Assembly: GCA_951406725.2 (NCBI GenBank)
Contig: OX597819.1
Span: 77,562,001 to 77,626,000 of the forward strand
Direction of reading: 5' to 3'
Length of the DNA: 64,000 nt
Origin: Octopus vulgaris
Lineage: Eukaryota
The position numbers were made by a program, and so were the translations under genes. The notes under the pieces are model-generated. The model worked only from the letters and a program-made list of their open reading frames with translations, did not search any database and was not told the origin of the DNA. Shown here piece by piece: positions 57,950-64,000 of this stretch; within the stretch, counting starts at the first letter, position 1, and every line of letters starts with the position of its first letter.

Positions 57950-58870
57950 CTTTTTTTCCCGTCTGTTAGGTAGTTATTTGTTTATGAAACAAAAATATAC
58001 CCATATTCTCAGACACAAAAATCCTCCAGAATAGTTTGCTTAGGTGTTCTATGATGACCCCAGCGTGTCACAGAGTATATTGTCGCCCATATACGCTACA
58101 CAGTCTCCATAGAATGGTAGTCGAGAATATCTTTTACCAACGTGCTACTTGAATAATAGAGGAGTGTGAGCGCTTGAGAACATTCCATTTGTCAGATATT
58201 TAATATTGGTCTTCACTTGATCTAGAACTGCAGCTCTGTCAAAGACACAAATGGTGATAAAGTGTGTTTCACAAACGGATCACCGTTTGGAAATCTTTCT
58301 AAATACTCTAACTTCAGTGTATGTCTGTGCATCATCAACCATGGAAAACAGAGCCTTCCGTGAAGGTGTTGGTGGCAGGTGAACCTTTTGGTCAGAAGAA
58401 CCCGACACTTCCAAAAGAAGCGAAAGGGTAGACATCGAAGGCTGGCCAGATGAAATCTGAATTGAGGTGTGTTGGTCAGGCGATTACGTATTACAGTGAT
58501 TATGTTACAATTGACCATTTCTTCTCGATCATTCAGTAAATTTCGTTCAGTCAATATTTTGGTAAGACTGGCCAGCCTAATCATAATCTGGCCCCTGTTC
58601 CTATCCACCTGAATATTTGACTCCAACCAGACCCCAAGTCCCTAAAAGCTCGTCTTAACTCAAGTCCTAGTCCTTTCCTAAACAACATTAACTCCTCATA
58701 CGATCCAGGTCAACAAAAAGATATCAACTCTTCGTTGTTAGTTTGAAGTGCAAGGGACCACTTGACGGAAATCTTAATCTTGCTGATGGCTATTGCATCA
58801 AGATCAAGCGACATGAGATCATTGAGTAGGCAGCCCTGTTGAGGATATCCTGAAAAAATAACTGCAGAAT
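57950..58870 (-). pseudogene. Old, internally deleted Tx1-family copy
   Basis: HQHLHGRLCFPWLMMHRHTLKL...FVSLTELQ aligns to [23 protein letters not shown]...LVSMTELQ of the 50357 element; APE N-terminus-like LLNDLMSLDLDAIAI near 58790-58835. Confidence 0.7.
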
Positions 58871-61681
58871 ATTAGGGATAGCGGATATCACTTTTTGCAA
58901 AGAATTTAGATTATAGAGTATAGTCTGGACAACGGATGGTTGAATGCTAAAGGGTTTTGATATATGTGTTTATAGAAAAATATTTTTGATTAATATGTTA
59001 GTAAGATGTAATGAGCAATGTGAATGTTGGACTGAAGTACTCAGATGTTTAAGTGGAGGAGTAAGAATTAAATTCAGATTGATCGTATTAGTCTGATCCA
59101 GTGGAAAACTTGACAATATGCTGACAGTAGAATAACAGCAATGAAAATATAGTTTAAAAATGAAACGTGGATCCGTAATTCATCCCACTAATATAGGGAA
59201 ATGAACTCAAAGTCTATGAGTCATCAGTCTGGTATGTTAACACTCTTTTACTCAGCCTCGTTGTTAATTGCTTTAGTTATAATTTTTGACCATGCCATGA
59301 ATTCATTGAAATGATGTGACTTCCAGAAATACCCGGATGATCTATGTTCTCACTTCTCACGCCACCCGTTGTCATAAAACGAAAGATACCACTCAATCTT
59401 AAAGACACTTGAGAAATGTCGTCTGCTTTTACTTTACATCTTAAATAATAAATCTTATATTCCGACATTTTGGCAACACAATTGTTTTCTTTTTCTTTTC
59501 TTTTATATTTCCTTTTACCGTCTGCTTTCTTGGAGACGTTTTTTTAGTTGTCTTTTTACTAAAGACATCTTATTTAGTTAAAACGTAGGCATAAGAGCGG
59601 GAAATAGTATTTATGACCTTTGACTTGATACTACCATGCATCAGTAGTTGACAGCAAAAAGATGCAGGGGTGCCGATATGCAGGGAGTATATGGAAGAAC
59701 GGGTTTGTGCAATTAACTGAAGGCTGCATGAGACGCAAAAATGGACATAAAAGCAAAGAAACACATTACCAAATTGAGAATATAGAAAAATGAGAGCTTT
59801 TGAAGACACTTTTTAGCTTATCTAGTCATCTTCAATCCTATCCACCGAAATATTCTTGAATAAATATATTAGATAATGAAAAATATAAATGATTTATATG
59901 CTGATAGAAAAAATATTTCGAGGAAACTGGAACACATAAAAAAAACAGAGATAGCCTTTATCTTTTTATCTTTTACTTGTTCCAGCCATTAGACTGCGGC
60001 CCTACTGTGACACCGTTTTGAGGGGTTCAGTCGAATAAATCGAGCCCAGTACTTTTTTTTAAAGGCTGGTACTTATCCTATCGGTTTTGTTTTGCCGAGC
60101 CGCTAAGTGGGATACAGACAAAGCCCTTTTGAATAAAAACATTCTGTTTGGACAGTGGCACTAACTAGACAAAAACCTCTCAGTTCAATAGAAAAAGAGA
60201 AAAAAAGTCGCTATGGAGTCGGTGTTGCTGAGAAAGAGATGTATTGTTGACTGGTGGCATAGAGATTTTTTTATGTTTTTTATCTTTTATGTTTTTCAGT
60301 CATTGGACTCTGGCCATGCTGGGGTATCGCCTTGAAGGCTTTTAGTCTGGCAACTGGAACTCAGTATCTTTTTTTTGTGTCTGGTTCTTATTCTATCGGT
60401 CTCTTTTGCCGAACCGCTGAGTTCCAGGGACATAAGCAAAACTAACCTGTTTATCAAACTGTATGTGTGTGTATGTGTGTATGCGTGCGTGTGTGTGTGT
60501 GTATGTGTGTAATAATATAGACACAAAGACCCTCCTACACACAAATACGACGGGCTTTAACATAGTTTCCGTCTTTAAAATTCACTCACAAAGCATTGGT
60601 CGATTCGAGGCTATACTACAAAATACTTCCCGAAAGTGCCACGCAGCAGGATTGAAACTGAAACGTGTTGATTACAAAGTGAATTTCTTAACCACACAAC
60701 CATGTCTGTACGAAGATTTTGTAGACTATTTTGTTCTATACTCGTCGAAAATAATCATATACATAGACAAAAATAAATAAAAATCCATCAGCCCATCTGT
60801 TAATTTTAGTATTAACTTTAAACGATAAAACAATATTTTAAAACAAAGAATTATGTGTCTTACATCGGCTCAATTTATAGAAGTTAATTGCTTTGTATTA
60901 ATTTCCTATTCAGACATGATTACATCAGCATACTCGTCTATACGTAGTCGCTGCCAAATACAGAAATACATCTGATACAATCTTATCTAAATAAAGTAAA
61001 GGAACAATACCCACGAGAAATTCGCGGTTTCCGAACCACATTAGCGTCAATAAGTTTTCCACATACTTTTACATAATTGTAGTATCCTGAAAGGGAACGA
61101 TAATTTGATAATAGCATCAAGAGAAAGAAGACTAGGAATTATCCATGGTCTTTGAGATAAGAATCTTCAGATTGGAAACACTCGTTATTAGAATGGAGTA
61201 AGTCTTTCAAAGAATCTATTTTTGTCTCTAAAATGTCCGTAGTATTAGCTATTTGACACCGATCTTACGCTTGCCGTTTCCATCTTCTACCACTACAATA
61301 TCATCCTCCAATGTCTGAAATACTGCTTTTGCTTTTGATATTGTATCTACCAAGACGTTGTGTTCGTCGAGCTGGAGACGCAATATTAGCGAAACAGCTA
61401 TCTTTGTTATTGTGATGATCACAACAGTTCCCAATCACAAAAATTTGAACGAGCCAACAAGGGAAACTTAACATTTTCGCTCGATCCGTTAGAAATATCA
61501 ACAAATTTCCCTCAAATATAGGTGTAGGAGTGCTGTGTGGTAAGTAACTCGTTTACGAACTACATGGTTCTGGGTTCAGTCCCACTGAGTGGCACCTTGG
61601 GCAAGTGTCTTCTACTATAGCCACGGGCCACCCAAAGCCTTGTGAATGGGTTTGGTAGACGGAAACTGAAAGAAGCCCGTC

Positions 61682-61724
<43 letters not shown>

Positions 61725-62649
61725 TGTATGTTTGTGTTTGTCCCCCACCAACATCGCTTGACAATCGATGTTGGTGTGTTTACGTCGCCGTAACTTAGCG
61801 GTTCGCCAAAAAGATAGTATAAGTCCTGGGGTCGATTTGCTCGACTAAAGGTGGTGCTCCAGCATGGCCGCAGTCAAATGACTGAAACAAAATTAAAGAA
61901 AAGACCGTCGATGTATGTGTGTGTGTGTTTCCTTGACCTTCACTATATATATCGTATATATGTATGTGTATAAGCTCGTCGTATATATGTATATGTATTT
62001 ATATATGTATGTATGTGTATATGTTTGGGTGCCCGTGTTTCTCCCACCAACATCGCTTGACAACCGATGCTGGTGTGTTTACGTCCCCGTAATTTAGCGG
62101 TTGGCAAACGAGACCGATAGAACAAGTACTAGGCTTACAAATAATAAGTCCTGAGGTCGATGTGCTCGACTAAAGGCGGTGCTCCAGCACGGCCACAGTC
62201 AAATGACTGAAACAAGTAAAAGAGTAAACCATATTCTAATGTCTTAATGGACAGATTGGATAATATAGTTAAGAATATACCATTTCTACCAAACGGAAGT
62301 GACGGTCACAACTGGAATGATTAGTAGTATTTTTGATCGGTATGTGCGTGGCAGTTAAACAAGAGATATGATATTCTTCAACAGGCGCAGGCAATGCTCT
62401 AGTTAAGAAGCTCGCTTTGTAACCACATTGATTCGGGTTCAGTCCCACTGCAAGGTACCTTGAGTGTTTTCTACTATATCTCTAGGCCGACCAATACCTT
62501 ACGAGTTAATTTGAACAGAAACTGAGTGGAAGCCTATCGAATATATGCATGTACGTACTTACGTACGTACGTAGGTATGTATGTACGTATGTACGCATGT
62601 ATATATGTGTGTATATATGTGTGTGTGTGTGTGTGTTTTGCGCGTGCGT

Positions 62650-63500
62650 GCATGTTGTTTACCAGTCATGATGGCTCCTTAAGTAGTACTGTCATGGAGA
62701 ACTCTTCCATATTAGAACAATTTCAAAGTGCTTGGACATGATGTTATCATTGAAAATATTATGCCTAGTGTTTCCAGGCATAGGTTAGATGTTTTGAGTA
62801 TGCATTATATATGCATACTGTGGAGGCGCAATGGCCCAGTGGTTAGGGCAGCGGACTCACGGTCGTAGGATCGCGGTTTCGATTCCCAGACTGGGCGTTG
62901 TGAGTGTTTATTGAGCGAAAACATCTAAAGTTCCATGAGGCTCCGGCAGGGAGTGGTGGTGAACGCTGCTGTACTCTTTCACCACGACTTTCTCTCACTC
63001 TTTCTTCATGTTCCTGTTGTACCTGTATTTCAAAGGGCTAGCCTTGTCAAACTCTGTGTCATGCTGAATCTTCCCGTGAACCACGTTAAGGGTATACGTG
63101 TCTGTGGAGTGCTCAGCCAATTGCACGTTAATTTTACGAGCAGGCTGTTCCGTTGATCGGATCAACAGGAACCCTTGTCGTCGTAACCGACGGAGCGCCA
63201 TCATCATATATACATACCAAGTTGTGCTGTACTGTCTCTTTTTCTGTTTGAGATCCTATATAAGGTCTGCGATGATTGTGCATTGTCTTTTACAATTTTT
63301 CCTGAAAGATGCGATGTGGCTTCTCCATCGGTTCTTGAAACTGCCGTTCGTTGTACCTACATATGTATATACATGTTCACGCGTTCTAACACTACATTTG
63401 TATACAATGATTTTATGTAAACATTCTTTTACCAGGTTACTACTACTTGCCGTATTCATTTTTATATTTTCTTCTTAGTGGCATTGCCGTCGTTATTGAT
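62650..63500 (-). pseudogene. Decayed Penelope-like GIY-YIG fragment interrupted by a SINE
   Basis: ECLHKIIVYKCSV...YVGTTNGSFKNRWRSHIASFR (63256-63459), then SNLCLETLGII on the far side of the SINE (about 62755-62790). Confidence 0.75.
62822..63200 (+). mobile_element. tRNA-derived SINE family C
   Basis: Box A tggcccagtgg, box B ggtttcgattccc, tRNA-like head, 3' body ...gtcgtaaccgacggagcgcca. Confidence 0.8.
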
Positions 63501-63710
63501 AATAGTTTTATATCCCTTGTTCTATTCAACAACTATGATGACTCCTGAAGAAGCACTCCCGTGGAGAACTCTTCCATATTATTTGCTTTTGCCCTCAGCC
63601 TCAAAATATACACACTCGCCCACAAATCTTCAGGATTAGAAAATACATTAACTTAGATCAGTTGTTCACTTTCTCTCAACAAAGATGAATTAATTTATTC
63701 CCCGCCTCTG

Positions 63711-63790
<80 letters not shown>

Positions 63791-64000
63791 TCACACTCAT
63801 TCACACACACGACTGGCAGATATTCTTTCTCCAACACACTACAACCACTGGTCCCAGAGTTTTACTGTACTTCTTTCTCTGTATTTTCCACCTCTCTAAC
63901 AACACACCTATGGTATGCTAGTTAACTATTAGCATACCATTTCCAACAAGACCCCCCCCCTAGAACCCCCAATCTCTTGTTCTTTCGTCTCCCCTACTTT

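Noticed and set aside
59195-59232. Minus-strand ctgatga followed by a ctca/tgag stem
   Set aside because: No GAAA or stem III follows
62822-62900. Possible tRNA gene
   Set aside because: Has A/B boxes but no convincing acceptor stem and runs into a SINE body; treated as a SINE head

Overview
Eukaryotic, AT-rich, microsatellite-saturated genomic DNA. The repeat families look like those of coleoid cephalopods (probably Octopus; this is an inference). There is one host gene on the + strand, a 9-exon acyl-CoA dehydrogenase (6930-37699; 1278 nt CDS, 425 aa; acdh-6/AtuD-like, probably mitochondrial), reconstructed by hand with GT-AG introns in consistent phase. The rest is mobile DNA: two young Tx1-clade LINEs in different microsatellites, a near full-length RTE LINE plus many 5'-truncated copies, R4/Dong-like RLE fragments, Penelope-like (GIY-YIG) fragments, three tRNA-derived SINE families and Tc1/mariner MITEs. 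The most notable observations not explained by the ORF track are: (1) several unrelated type I hammerhead-ribozyme folds in small units embedded in (TA)n, one in the sense strand of the gene's first intron; (2) a SINE whose 3' tail matches the 3' ends of the Tx1 LINEs; (3) microsatellite-specific insertion by different LINE families; (4) several fold-back palindromes. Most ORFs in the track are microsatellite artefacts. All alignments and folds were done by eye, and repeat boundaries are approximate.
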